This document shows positions 41,031-53,688 of a DNA stretch of 64,000 bases, piece by piece. The number at the start of each line of letters is the position of its first letter. Within the stretch, counting starts at the first letter, position 1. Where the stretch lies: assembly GCA_002269645.1 (NCBI GenBank), contig NIVC01001945.1, forward strand, positions 124,001-188,000, read 5' to 3'. The notes under the pieces were generated by a model. That model was given only the letters and a program-made list of their open reading frames with translations. It searched no databases and was not told the DNA's origin. The stretch comes from Macrostomum lignano (taxonomy: Eukaryota). The translations under genes were made by a program, and so were the position numbers.

Positions 41031-41469
41031 AATTTTTTTTGTCTTGGCGTTAAAAAGCTTTAATTAAAAAAAACTCTACTCTCTAAAAATTCGAACCATC
41101 GTCCCTGCATTTAGCAGTTTAGTCTGTTTACCTCTAGGCTAGCTCTCATAAATTTTAGTCATTACCCCTAAATAGAAAATATTCCCAAGACAGCAAGCAT
41201 CCCCCAGTAGCAAGCATCCTTTAATACTCCTAGCAAGCATCTACCCAGATAGCAAGCATCTGCAGATAGCAAGCATCTGCAGATAGCAAGCATCTTGCAG
41301 ATAGCAAGCATACCCCAAATAATGTAGAAGCATCCTTCCAGATAGCAAGCATCCCCCAAATAATGTAGAAGCATCCTTCCAGATAGCAAGCATCCTGCAC
41401 ATAGCAAGAATCCCTAAATAGCAAGCATCCCTGGATAGAAATAATCCTATACATGTAGCCAAGCTTATC

Positions 41470-43940
41470 AAGCGCAGTAATCCTTGGCTATCGAGTGCAG
41501 TAATTCTTGGTTTGCCAAGTGCAGTAAGTAATCCTTGGTTTATTAATAGCAATAATCCATGGCTTATCGAGTGCAGTAAGTAATCCTTGGTTTATTAATA
41601 GCAATAATCCATGGCTTATCGAGTGCAGTAATCCTTGGTTTATTAATAGCAATAATCCATGGCTTATCGAGTGCAGTAATTCTTGGTTTGCCAAGTGCAG
41701 TAAGTAATCCTTGGTTTATTAATAGCAATAATCCATGGCTTATCGAGTGCAGTAATCCTTGGTTTATTAATAGCAATAATCCTTGGCTTATCGAGTGCAG
41801 TAATCCTTGGTTCGGGTTGCATTAATCCTTGGTTTATTAATAGCAATAGTCCTTGGCTTATCGAGTGCATTATTCCTTGGTTTATTAATAGCAATAGTCC
41901 TTGGCTTATCGAGGGCAGTAATCCTTGGTTTATTAATAGCAATAATCCTTGATAAATCAAGTGCAGTAATCCTTGGTTTATTAATAGCAATAATCCTTGA
42001 TAAATCAAGTGCAGTAATCCTTGGTTTATTAATAGCAATAGTCCTTGGCTTATCGAGTACAGTAATCCTTGGTTTGCCAAGTGCAGTAATCCTTGGTTTA
42101 TTAATAGCAATAATCCTTGGCTTATCGAGTGCAGTAATCCTTGGTTTATTAATAGCAATAATCCTTGGCTTATCGAGTGCAGTAATCCTTGGTTTGCCAA
42201 GTGCAGTAATCCTTGGTTTATTAATAGCAATAATCCTTGGCTTATCGAGTGCAATAATCCTTGGTTTATTATTAGCAATAATCCTTGGCTAATCGAGTGC
42301 AGTAATCCTTGGTTTGCCAAGTGCAGTAATCCTTGGTTTATTAATAGCAATAATCCTTGGCTTATCGAGTGCAGTAATCCTTGGTTTATTAATAGCAATA
42401 ATCCTTGGCTTATCGAGTGCAGTAATCCTTGGTTTATTAATAGCAATAATCCTTGATTAATAAAGTGCAGTAATCCTTGGTTTATTAATAGCAATAATCC
42501 TTGGCTTATCGAGTGCAGTAATCCTTGGTTTATTAATAGCAATAATCCTTGATTAATAAAGTGCATTAATCCTTGGTTTATTAATAGCAATAATCCTTGG
42601 CTTCTTGAGTGCAGTAATCCTTGGTTTATTAATAGCAATAATCCTTGGCTTATTGAGTGCAGTAATCCTTGGTTTGCCAGGAGCAATAGTCCTTGGTTTA
42701 TCGAGTGCAGTAATCCTTGGTTTATTAATAGCAATAATCCTTGATTAATCAAGTGCATTAATCCTTGGTTTATTAATAGCAATAATCCTTGGCTTATTGA
42801 GTGCAGTAATCCTTGGTTTATTAATAGCAATAATCCTTGATAAATCAAGTGCAGTAATCCTTGGTTTATTAATAGCAATAGTCCTTGGCTTATCGAGTGC
42901 AGTAATCCTTGGTTTGCCAAGTGCAGTAATCCTTGGTTTATTATTAGCAATAATCCTTGGCTTATCGAGTGCAGTAATCCTTGGTTTGCCAAGTGCAGTA
43001 ATCCTTGGTTTATTAATAGCAATAATCCTTGGCTTATCGAGTGCAGTAATCCTTGGTTTATTAATAGCAATAATCCTTGGCTTATCGAGTGCAGTAATCC
43101 TTGGTTTGCCAAGTGCAGTAATCCTCGGTTTATTAATAGCAATAATCCTTGGCTTATCGAGTGCAGTAATCCTTGGTTTATTAATAGCAATAATCCTTGG
43201 CTTATCGAGTGCAGTAATCGTTGGTTTATTAATAGCAATAATCCTTGGCTTATTGAGTGCAGTAATCCTTGGTTTGCCAGGAGCAATAGTCCTTGGTTTA
43301 TCGAGTGCAGTAATCCTTGGTTTATTAATAGCAATAATCCTTGATTAATCAAGTGCATTAATCCTTGTTTTATTAATAGCAATAATCCTTGTCTTCTTGA
43401 GTGCAGTAATCCTTGGTTTATTAATAGCAATAATCCTTGGCTTATCGAGTGCAGTAATCCTTGGTTTGCCAAGTACAGTAATCCTTGGTTTATTAATAGC
43501 AATAATCCTTGGCTTATCGAGTGCAGTAATCCTTGGTTTATTAATAGCAATAATCCTTGGCAATTATCGAGTGCAGTAATCGTTGGTTTGCCAAGAGCAA
43601 TAGTCCTTGGTTTATTAAGTGCAGTAATCCTTGGTTTATTAATAGCAATAATCCTTGGCTTATCGAGTGCAGTAATCCTTGGTTTGCCAAGTGCAGTAAT
43701 CCTTGGTTTATTAATAGCAATAATCCTTGGCTTATCGAGTGCAGTAATCCTTGGTTTATTAATAGCAATAATCCTTGATTAATAAAGTGCATTAATCCTT
43801 GGTTTATTAATAGCAATAATCCTTGATTAATCAAGTGCATTAATACTTGGTTTATTAATAGCAATAATCCTTGGCTTATTGAGTGCAGTAATCCTTGGTT
43901 TATTAATAGCAATAATCCTTGGCTTATGGAGTGCAGTAAT
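41470..43940. repeat. Composite minisatellite of 48-bp and 21-bp units (GTGCAGTAATCCTTGGTTTATTAATAGCAATAATCCTTGGCTTATCGA), about 2.5 kb
   Basis: Tandem units visible; they are the source of the spurious LLLLINQG ORFs. Confidence 0.95.
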
Positions 43941-44974
43941 CTAAGTGTTTTTATTTAGCTTTTAATAAAAAATTTTACACTACTACTTTTCAGACACTAA
44001 TCTACTAATCATACACTTAGATTCGAACCCAGGTTGCTGCATTAGCAGTCTGGTCTGTTCAGCTCTAGGCTAGCTCTCATCGAAGTTATCAGTGAATTTG
44101 TACCACTTAAATAGTTCAACACTCACACAAAGTCAGGTAGAGTAAAAAGTCACGAAGCAGTTATGAGTTATGACATAATCAATTTCTTAGGCAAGTCAGT
44201 ACCAGTCTCTATAAAAGTTAACAATATGGTTACGCAATATAAATTGAGTACTGTGCTATGCTTTCACACTCAACGCTGTGACGCAATTCAATTGAGTGTC
44301 TTGTGTATTGTGATGCAATCTATTTTAGAATCAGAATTCAACCAGTCAGTTTTTCTGCTAGCATTCTTACAATGCATTTCAATGCTTGACCTTTGCAAAA
44401 AAGCATGTTTTTCGAATATTTAATCCCTTTAACATTGAGCAATTTCTTAGCCAAGATGCATGTACCGTCACGGAAAAATTTCTGATCGAACAGTGCAAGT
44501 TCGAAGAAAATCGGTCCAGCCATTCAGGAGAAAATCGATTTCGTACAAGCAAGCAAGCAAGATTTTCATTTTTAGTATATGGACTAGCAATCTTCGCCCC
44601 CCCTTGGGGGGCATCTGTATAGAATCTCTGTTCTCTACAAGTAACAAAAAGACAGCCAAATAAAGCCTTGACAAAGACAACAGACAAACTGCTCAAATAA
44701 AGTGTAATGCAAAAAGAAATCATCCCAAGACAGCAAGCATCCCCCAGATAGCAAGCATCCCCAAGATTGCAAGCATCCCCCAGATAGCAAGCATCCCCCA
44801 GATAGCAAGCATCCCCCAGATAGCAAGCATCCCCCAGATAGCAAGCATCCCCAAATAGTAAGCATCCACCAGACAATAAGTAGCTAGTGCAACAATTTCC
44901 TTAGCTCTATAGTGGCTCCTTTAAAATTGGCATGACGCTTACTTTTACGTTTGAAATTGTGTATCTTTTATGTT

Positions 44975-45890
44975 TGACATGGTGGCTTTTTAGTGTTTGA
45001 CATGATGGCTCTTTAATGTTCGACATGGTGGCTCTTTAATGTTTGACATGGTGGCTCTTTAATGTTCGACATGGTGGCTCTTTAATTTTTGACATGGTGG
45101 CTCTTTAATGTTTGACATGGAGTCACATATATGTTGGACATGGTGGCTCTTTTATGTTTGACATGGTGGCTCTTTAATGTTTGACCTGGTGGCACCTCAA
45201 TGTAATGATGGCTCTTTAATGTTTTACATGGTGGCACTTTCATGTTCGACATGGTGGCTCTATAATCTTCGACATGGTGGCTCTTTAATGTTCGACATGG
45301 TGGCTCTTTAATGTTAGACATGGTGGCTCTTTAATGTTTGACCTGGTGGCACCTCAATGTAATGATGGCTCTTTAATGTTTTACATGGTGGCACTTTCAT
45401 GTTCGACATGGTGGCTCTATAATCTTCGACATGGTGGCTCTTTAATGTTCGACATGGTGGCTCTTTAATGTTAGACATGGTGGCTCTTTAATGTTTGACC
45501 TGGTGGCACCTCAATGTAATGATGGCTCTTTAATGTTTTACATGGTGGCACTTTCATGTTCGACATGGTGGCTCTATAATCTTCGACATGGTGGCTCTTT
45601 AATGCTCGACATGTTGGTCCTTTTATGCTTGACATGGTGGCTCTTTAATGTTTGACATGGTGGCTTTTTTATTTTTGACATGGTGGCTCTTTTTTAATGT
45701 TTGGCATGGTAGCTCTTTAATGTTCGACATGGTGGCTCTTTAATTTTTGACATGGTGGCTCTTTAATGTTCGACATGGTGGTCCTTTTATGCTTGACATT
45801 GTGGCTCTTTAATGTTCGACATGGTGGTCCTTTTATGCTTGACATTGTGGCTCTTTAATGTTAGACATGGTGGCTCTTTAATTTTTAACG
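44975..45890. repeat. 22-bp minisatellite (GACATGGTGGCTCTTTAATGTT) with a 157-bp higher-order repeat, plus an 18-bp GATAGCAAGCATCCCCCA array at 44720-44870
   Basis: The diagnostic variant TTGACCTGGTGGCACCTCAATG recurs at 45181, 45338 and 45495. Confidence 0.9.
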
Positions 45891-47022
45891 TTTGTTAAAC
45901 GTTTTTGACGTTTGTAACGCAAGAATTTTTTGTATTTTTTTGCTAATAAACTTGAAAAGTACAAAGTGAAACTTATGAACATGGCATTAAAAGTACAACC
46001 GATATGTCACGTATACATAGCGTGTGCAATGGCTGCATGTGACCAGATGAGTTCCTTTAATACTCTACGTTAGTCTATAGTCGCAGCCCTCGGATTCGCT
46101 CATTCCTGCCCTCAAATCCATAGTCAGAACAATCAGTTCGGCTCTATTTCCTTAGCCTTTGCGCTTTGCCACAGACTATTCATATTTGTTTCGCCAAAGA
46201 TTAAGAAATGAAGTAAGACAAAAGCTTCATTCAGGGCCTTCGCCTTAGTTAAAATTGACATCTTGTGAGTTTCGTATATTATTCAACTTTCAATATATGG
46301 AAGACGAAGGCCCCGTCGCAAGTTGATGCAAATCGTTTTTTATGAGCTTACAGTTCACAGTTGTTACAGGTGACTTGAGATATTTTTGATTTTTGAAAAA
46401 AAGACTGTCACTCGTAGTTTGCGTAAAAATCCATATACTAAAATTCACTCTAATGTTAAGTTTTTGCGAACCTTGGAAAACTAAAAACAAAATTGTTTCG
46501 TCTTTTGCATAAATTTGCGATATAAAATAAGTAAAGTTTTTACACGAATTATAATGAAATTTCAGGGGAAAAATAAAAGACAAAATTAACTGCTCATCAA
46601 AGATTGAATTCATTAAAAGCAGTGCAAAAGAAGGTTTGTTTCAAAAGTTACTTTCGGCTAATATGAAATTGCCTTAAAATACAAATTAACTGTAAAGTGC
46701 AAATTGACTGTAAAAATTTATACAATGAATAAAATAAGCCTAATTGAGCTTCAACATAAAGTTCATCAGCTATTAGCTCGTACTCACTGCCATGCAATAT
46801 CTACGCTTCGTTAGAAATGAGGTTGGGGCAATAAGTTTCCTGCGATTCTTTTAGGAATGAGAGCTATTGACAGCTATTGCTTTAGAGAATGAGAGCTATT
46901 ACTTAAGAGCCATGGGGAAATAATTATTCTATTTTTCCTTAAAAATAACTGAATATACTTTCTAGCCTTTTGCAATAATAAGGAAAATTATTGCTCACCC
47001 CTCATTTTTTACGATAAATAAA

Positions 47023-50000
47023 TTAGTCTTCAGTGAGAACTTCTGGAAACACAACGTTTCTGGTCCTTGTTCCCGGAATCCGGACGCGAACATTTGCCGC
47101 GTTCTTTGCTCGTGACAGCGCCGTGTACAGCTGGCCATGCGTGAAGCAACCGACTGACAGGTCAATGCCAACTGTGTCCAGAGACTGTCCCTGCGACTTG
47201 TGAATCGTCAGGCAGAAACTCGGCTTCACAGGGAACTGCAGCCGCTTAAAACTGACGGGGAGGTCCGCATTGCTAGGAATCAGCGGGATTCGCGGCAGAA
47301 GAATCTCGTCTCCCGTGAACTGGCCGGCGGCAATCTTGCATCTAAGCACGTTCTCGCCCATTGCGAGTATGATCAGCCGCGTACCATTGCACAATCGTGG
47401 CGGGTTGATGTTCCTGAGAAGAACTACTGGCATACCCACTTTTAGCCTCAGCAAGTGAATCGGAAAGTTCGGGGCATCCAGCTGGTTGAGCAACTCAGGC
47501 GGGAAGTGCGTAGCGGCATCCTCATCGGCCACACTGTCTATTGAGCGGTACTCCCGCAGGCTGCCGGGGAACATGCCCAGGCACGTCTCGTTGATGGCAT
47601 CCACTGAGTCATTGTACGGCGCCAGGATCGCTCGGCTTGCAAAGTAGCCGTCCCTCTCCACTGAGGCCTCAAACGATGGGTACACAAAATTTATCAGATC
47701 ATTGAGCGGCGCCTCCGCAGAAATGATGATCTCAGCAGGAAGAGACACTTTCTCCTCTGCATCCTGCTCAATTGTTCCGGATCCGATCTGGGGGAGTTAA
47801 AAGTCAAATATTTAAAACGCTAGACAGACTTTAAGCAAGGCATTCTTGAATAAGCCACAATTTTTTAAATGGAGCTCTCAACACGAAAGAAACCGAACAT
47901 CCTTAAATCTTCCAATAAATAAACTGATGAAAACAAACTTACCTGCTTGAGTAGCTCGGTGTATCTCAAATACGTTGCAGAATCGGAACTGCTCAGCAAT
48001 CGGATGTTTCTTGTAAGGCGATGCCGCCGGAAAAATTTCCACAGTGGGGATCTGCTGACACACGCCATGACGCTGTTGGCTCGAGTCCCATGCACCACAA
48101 CGGGCAGCAGCTGGCGAAAGTCCCCAGCGCAAACGAAAACCACTCCGCCGAATGGCACGTCCTGCTTCCGCACGTCTCGCAAGCACCGGTCGACGGCCTC
48201 CAAATCCTTCCGGTTTGTCATAGAAATCTCGTCCCAGACAATTAGACGCACTGTCCGAAATACAGCGGCCTGTTTGGACTGCGCTCCAACAGCGCACACG
48301 TCTTTGCTCGAACGGATCGCCCGAATTGGTATCTTGAACCTGGCATAGACAAATAGTTTCACCATGCTGAACATATTTACAGCACACGAAATATTTACAT
48401 GTACAACTGCTTTTTGAAATATTGACAATAAATTACTCACGTTGAATGCGCCGTCTGTCCACCTGGCAAAAGAGTCGCTGCGATTCCAGAAGCCGCAACG
48501 GCGAGGGCGACTTCACGCCGGCTGCGCACGAAGGCTAGCAGAACCTCCAGCAGGAAGGTCTTGCCAGTGCCAGCGGGCGCGTCCAGGAAGTGCAAGCCGC
48601 TGGTGCCGTCCACAAGATTCTGAGTCACGGACTCGTACACCGCTTTCTGCTCATCTGTCAGCATTGGTAAGCGCGCCTCAGTAATCAGTGCTTGCTCAAC
48701 CGTATCAAACTGCATTGGTCCATCTTGAGGTGTCACGGAGGCCGCAGGCAGGCCGTACTCTGGCAGGCTTCTCCCGCCCATGGAGATCAGCATGCTCTGA
48801 AGCTCACGCAGCGCCAGGTCAGTAATCTCCTCGGTGCTCAAGTCTCGGTGGTGAAACCGCAGGTCCTCGCTGAGATCCTCGGCAAAACTGCACCAGAGGT
48901 CGCTGCCATCCTCAGGCTCACCCCATATGAGAATTACGGCCAGAAGATGTCTCAGGGCTCTTGGCATTCTTGACTGAACGGCCTCAGCTAGACACCGCCG
49001 CCAGTGATCATCTCGCTGCAGCAGGCCAAGGGCCATGCAAGCAGCCTTGGCGCTCGGATGCACAACGCCGTCCACGGTCTGCAGCGCCTCGAAGCTAGTC
49101 GGTCCCCTAACATTCAAAAGGAGCATTCGAACATAAAATAAATCACCTGCTCTTGGACTCACCGTGTACATGCGTGCAACGTTTTTGTTCCGCACTACAC
49201 CCGGATGGCCATCGACTCGCACACCCTGCTTGGCCCGCCGCCACTCTCTTTCGCTGGAGTGCCACACGAAGTAGGACGGCACCTCCGTGTAGAGCAAGGA
49301 CCCAGCAAATTCGTCAATACGGCACAGCTTGAAAAATGCCGTCAACGTCGAATCCTTCGGCGTTCTCGCTTTTGCTCTTGCGGTCCCCTCGTTGAAATAC
49401 ACGAGCTGCTCTTCCGACTTGTGAACGCAGAGTCGGATGACCGCCGGAAACCTGTTGTGCACCTGATCAGAAAGTGAAAGGAAAATATACAGCCTTTAAG
49501 TTTCGATGGAAATTCAATTTATACTATGACGAGGTTTCACAGCTCTGGTTAAAATAAGCCAATAATAATTAGAATGCGAATTACTTCAAAGCCCAAGATG
49601 GTATTCACGGCTTCCATTGGACCAATGTAGCGCGCGGACAGGTACTCCTTAATCTCATCACGCCGCGGCTCATTTCGTGTCGTTTGCGTTGGCTGCTGGT
49701 TACCCACTGCCTGCTCTCTCGGTTCAGTAGAATTCCTATTGGCATCGACTTTGAACGTCGCCATGTCGCCACCCTTTAACAGGTACTTGATCACGTACTT
49801 GACCGACTTCACAGTGGCGCAAACTTCGACGTTCAAGTGGCACGCAAACTGGAGCAACAGGTCAGGGCTGTACGGAACGACCCACCTGTTTTAATGAAAA
49901 AATAATATCATTAACTTTCAGAAACAAAAGCTGCAATGCACAACTAAGCAATATATTAGCGTTTGAACTCCCCTGTTGTCCATGCGAATGCTCCGGCCTT

Positions 50001-53000
50001 TGAACAGTTTGTCCACTGTAAATCCGCCCATCTCAGGCGATAGTCTGCGGTACAGTGGGTAGCCAGTATCGCTGGTCAGCGTCACCTGCTGGAATTCTTT
50101 AGGAAAGCTCTTGCTGCATTCGCCATTCTCCATGCAAGGGCATGCTGGATTGTCCTTGCCGCAGGGGCCATGGATCATGTGCGTCTTCACCAGCTCATAC
50201 AGCACGGGCTGCTGCTCTGGGTCCGGAATCTCGGCAGACACGATGTTATCGTATCGGTCCGGAGTCACTCGCTGACCGCTCACGAGCCACAGCAAAAAGT
50301 GCACATGGGGAAGACCTGGAGCGTCAAAAAAGTAGAAAAAATCACAAATCTTTGTAAATTTAAATTTAATAAATATTAAAAGTTTGATTCTTGCAAGTCA
50401 GAATTTATACTCACCACGCTTCTGGTACTCCAGTGAGCAAACGTGAGCGGTCTCTTTCCCATAGCGCTTGGTCAACTGGGCCAGCAGAGCTTTCTTCTTC
50501 ATTTCAAAGACTCGGCTAACAATGTCGGGCCGGTCTTCTGCCCGCTGTCCAGGCAGCAGCTGGGCGCTGATCTCCGGCCATTTCGGATTGCACGTTGCGG
50601 TGACAAACAGGTCCGGCTTACCGAACTTGTGAACATAGGTCATAGCGTCCTGTAGCCTCTCCATCAGGTACCTTGGCCCGCCAACGAAGCTCGAAGACAG
50701 AAGCACATGCGCGGGCTTGCCTATGTCACTCGGATCTCTGTCGGTAGACCTGCCATCAGCCGCAAACAAAGCGTCCCGCAGACCGCTATACGTCTCGCTG
50801 CGCAGGTCCTGCTGATGGGTCCGCAAATACAGCAGCCTCTCTGCCTCAATCTTGGCACACATGTCCACCAAGTACTGCTGAAATAATCTTCGGCCATAGT
50901 GCAGCACACTGAACTGGCCCGCTCGCACCATGATTTCGCTCGCATAATACTTCATGGGCGTCAATTTCTTGCCATTACTCATCAGCAACTCCGGGTGCCA
51001 GCCATCTTCGCCATTCGGGAACAGCAGCACATACTCCAGCGGGTCGTATGAGCGGTGCGTCTCACTGATTCGCTGGGAACCGCCTCCACGCAGCTGAATC
51101 ACGACGTCCCGACTGGCCGGTGTGTTCTCATTGTCCTCAACGATCAGGATACCGACCTCGTTCGCCGTAGGCAAGTTGTAGCGCCTGATTTCAAACGGAT
51201 TTTGTGGGATACAAAGTCTGTACAAATTGGATAATTGGATACTTTATTACGCAAAATATGTTATTAAAGTGTCTTGCAGACATACCGAATGTGTTCCCCA
51301 GATGGTCGACGGTCAGGGTGAATCACGATTCGCGCATCTCCCAACTCCGGATCTTGGCTGATTCGATGAGCGACTGCCCTCAGGCTGCGGACATAGCCGT
51401 TGCACTCGTGAAGCAGCGTCTGCAGCAGCTCCAGTAGCTCCGGCTTCACCTTCTGGCTGAGACTCTGGCGGCTTTCAAGTTCGCGATCATTGAAATACAC
51501 TTGCCAGCCATGGGGCTCAGCTGAATCTTCTGCAAACAGCGACGCCGTGTTGTGATGCAACTGGCCGCTGATGATGAAGCTGGGACACCAGCCTGGCACC
51601 AACCGCAGTTTGGCACCCAGCGATGTCAGGTGCAGCGCCGAGTTGTAACTTCTAATGTTGGTCAGGAACTCGGCACTCAGTCTGTGCCGCCCCAGGTACA
51701 GATCCGCCAGCACTTGAGGCACGGTGCGGCTGGGTAGCTTTACCTTGCCTTTGGCGCAGCAGAAATTCCTCGTCTCAGAGCACCAAAGTAATGCACCGCA
51801 TTGGTCGCATGCTCTGTCCATTGGGCCACAGTTATGGGCTGGCGCTTCAGGCCTGATAATCCGTTCTGGCCTGTGATTGGAAGGATTAGGATTAGGAAGG
51901 ATTAATAGCAAATAGTTTTCCCGGTTAATCTTTCATTTTACAAAAAAAATATTAGAATAAAACAACTTGAGTTCGATGACAAATAAATTATGATGACCAG
52001 TCATACCAATGACCTACCTCTCTTGAGCAGGTCTTGCGCCAAAATGACCTGCACTCTGCTGAGTTAGTCTTGGCTCCTCTTCATCTACAATGGGCTCAGA
52101 AACTGGAATCGGATTAGCAAATCGCAATGACTCATAATGCTCATGACGCAAAAGAATTCGGACGATTGCAATCGGTGGCTGCAAAGGGGACATACAGTAC
52201 TGCAATACACTGCCATTTTCTTGATAAATTACCAGATCAACATTAAAACAACGGCTTAAAAGCGGAACAACTTCATCAGGCACATATGTGCCTTCAGAAA
52301 AAGATGAATCAACAATGAAATCAGCATTTTCTGGCAAAACAAAGCCTTGTTCAATCAATTCTGGCATAATCTGCACTACACGGCTCGTCAGCTCGTGTCT
52401 TAAAGATGCTGCATCGGTCTCAAGTGGAGTGCCCTGCAACTGGTCACAGATTGCATGAAAAAAACAGTTCCCATCACCAGGAATTCGAATTATGCGCAAC
52501 GCATCAAAAGGTACCACAGACGGTGTGGCCAACTCACTACTATCAAACCTGGAATAGAGGAAATAAAGATTTAGTATATTTGGATTATACACAACTTTAT
52601 TTGGCGGTTCTTAGAATAGTGAAGAATATTTTTATGCCATTCTACATTCTTACAAACCAGTCTAAAATGTAATTGCATTATAAACAAAGATTCTTCGAAA
52701 ACCATTTTCATCAGTAAAAAATGCTTAACCGATTCTCATAAATTAATATTGTTATATTAAATACCTATCTCATAGATTTAAGATTCTTCGAAGCCGACTC
52801 ACACATATAATATTCTTAGAAACAGGCTTCAAAACTTAATATTATTAGAAACCGAATTTATTTTAATTGTAGATTCTATCTAAAATACTTATCTCGTATG
52901 TATAATTCCTGGAAGCCTATCTAAAAAATATGAGAAAAATTGCGTTAAAAGACTTAGAAATGGGCTCTAGTTTTTCAGTATAAGCCTATGTACCAATTAA

Positions 53001-53688
53001 ACAACAACTACAATACAAAATACCCATAAAAGACTAAACATGAACACAACGGGCACATTGATTATTATCATTTAACGGTCACAGAATGTTAAGAATGATC
53101 ACAGAAATATATAATAGCTCAGATTAAGACGTCATCCTACCTGCTAACCGACACTCCTCGACGGCGAATTTGTTCGGCTTCGATTCGAGCTCTTCGTTCA
53201 TCTTCGGTTTCTGAAGCGCGTCGCTTCTCTGCACGAATTCTGTCTGCAGATCTACGCTCTTCACGCTGAGCGTCTGTTTCAGTTGCTCTTTGCTCAGCAT
53301 TCTCCTGTCGGAGTCTCGTCAGGCGCTCTTCTCGCTGAGCATCGGTTTCACTTGCTCTTCGCTCAGCCTCCTGCTGTCGGAGTCTCGTCAGGCGCTCTTC
53401 TCGCTGAGCATCGGTTTCACTTGCTCTTCGCTCAGCCTCCTGCTGTCGGAGTCTCGTCAGGCGCTCTTCTCGCTGAGCATCGGTTTCACTTGCTCTTCGC
53501 TCAGCCTCCTGCTGTCGGAGTCTCGTCAGGCGCTCTTCTCGCTGAGCATCGGTTTCACTTGCTCTTCGCTCAGCCTCCTGCTGTTGGAGTCTCATCAGGC
53601 GCTCTTCTCGCTGAACGGCACTCTCTTGCTGACGCTTCTTCTTGGCATCTCTGCTCTTCTTCAATGCGCTGGTGCCACGTCGAGCCAT
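47023..53688 (-). CDS. Helitron RepHel protein, 9 exons, about 1753 aa: STPR-like repeats, OTU protease, Zn finger, Helitron-like N/HUH Rep, PIF1-type SF1 helicase. Exons 53688-53141, 52548-52018, 51870-51286, 51184-50415, 50315-49973, 49885-49585, 49462-48441, 48339-47943, 47787-47023
   Basis: Motifs GDGNCFFHA...HYESL, CDQCGA...CCAKG, PDLFVTATCNPKWPEI, EYQKRGLPHVH, YVIKYLLKG, DAPAGTGKT, WDEISM, GDFRQLLPV, TIHKSQGQSL, HGQLYTALSR. All 8 introns preserve the frame; 7 are GT-AG and intron 5 begins GG. Confidence 0.92.

Larger units (their letters stand above)
38777..44583 (-). mobile_element. Non-autonomous Helitron (5.8 kb) related to the autonomous element, filled with minisatellites
   Basis: 5' end TCCATATACTAAAAATG; 3' end GGCCACCCCGAAGGGGGCG-CTAG. 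Shares its 5' ~450 bp (44150-44583 vs 54650-55122) and the ATAGCAAGCATCCCC repeat with the autonomous copy. Confidence 0.75.

Noticed and set aside
41168-43912. Long ORFs (up to 628 aa, LLLLINQG / AVILGL repeats)
   Set aside because: They are translations of a non-coding minisatellite, with no domain or splice context.
40100-45890. CRISPR-like appearance of the regular repeats
   Set aside because: The units are contiguous with no unique spacers, the context is eukaryotic, and there are no cas genes.
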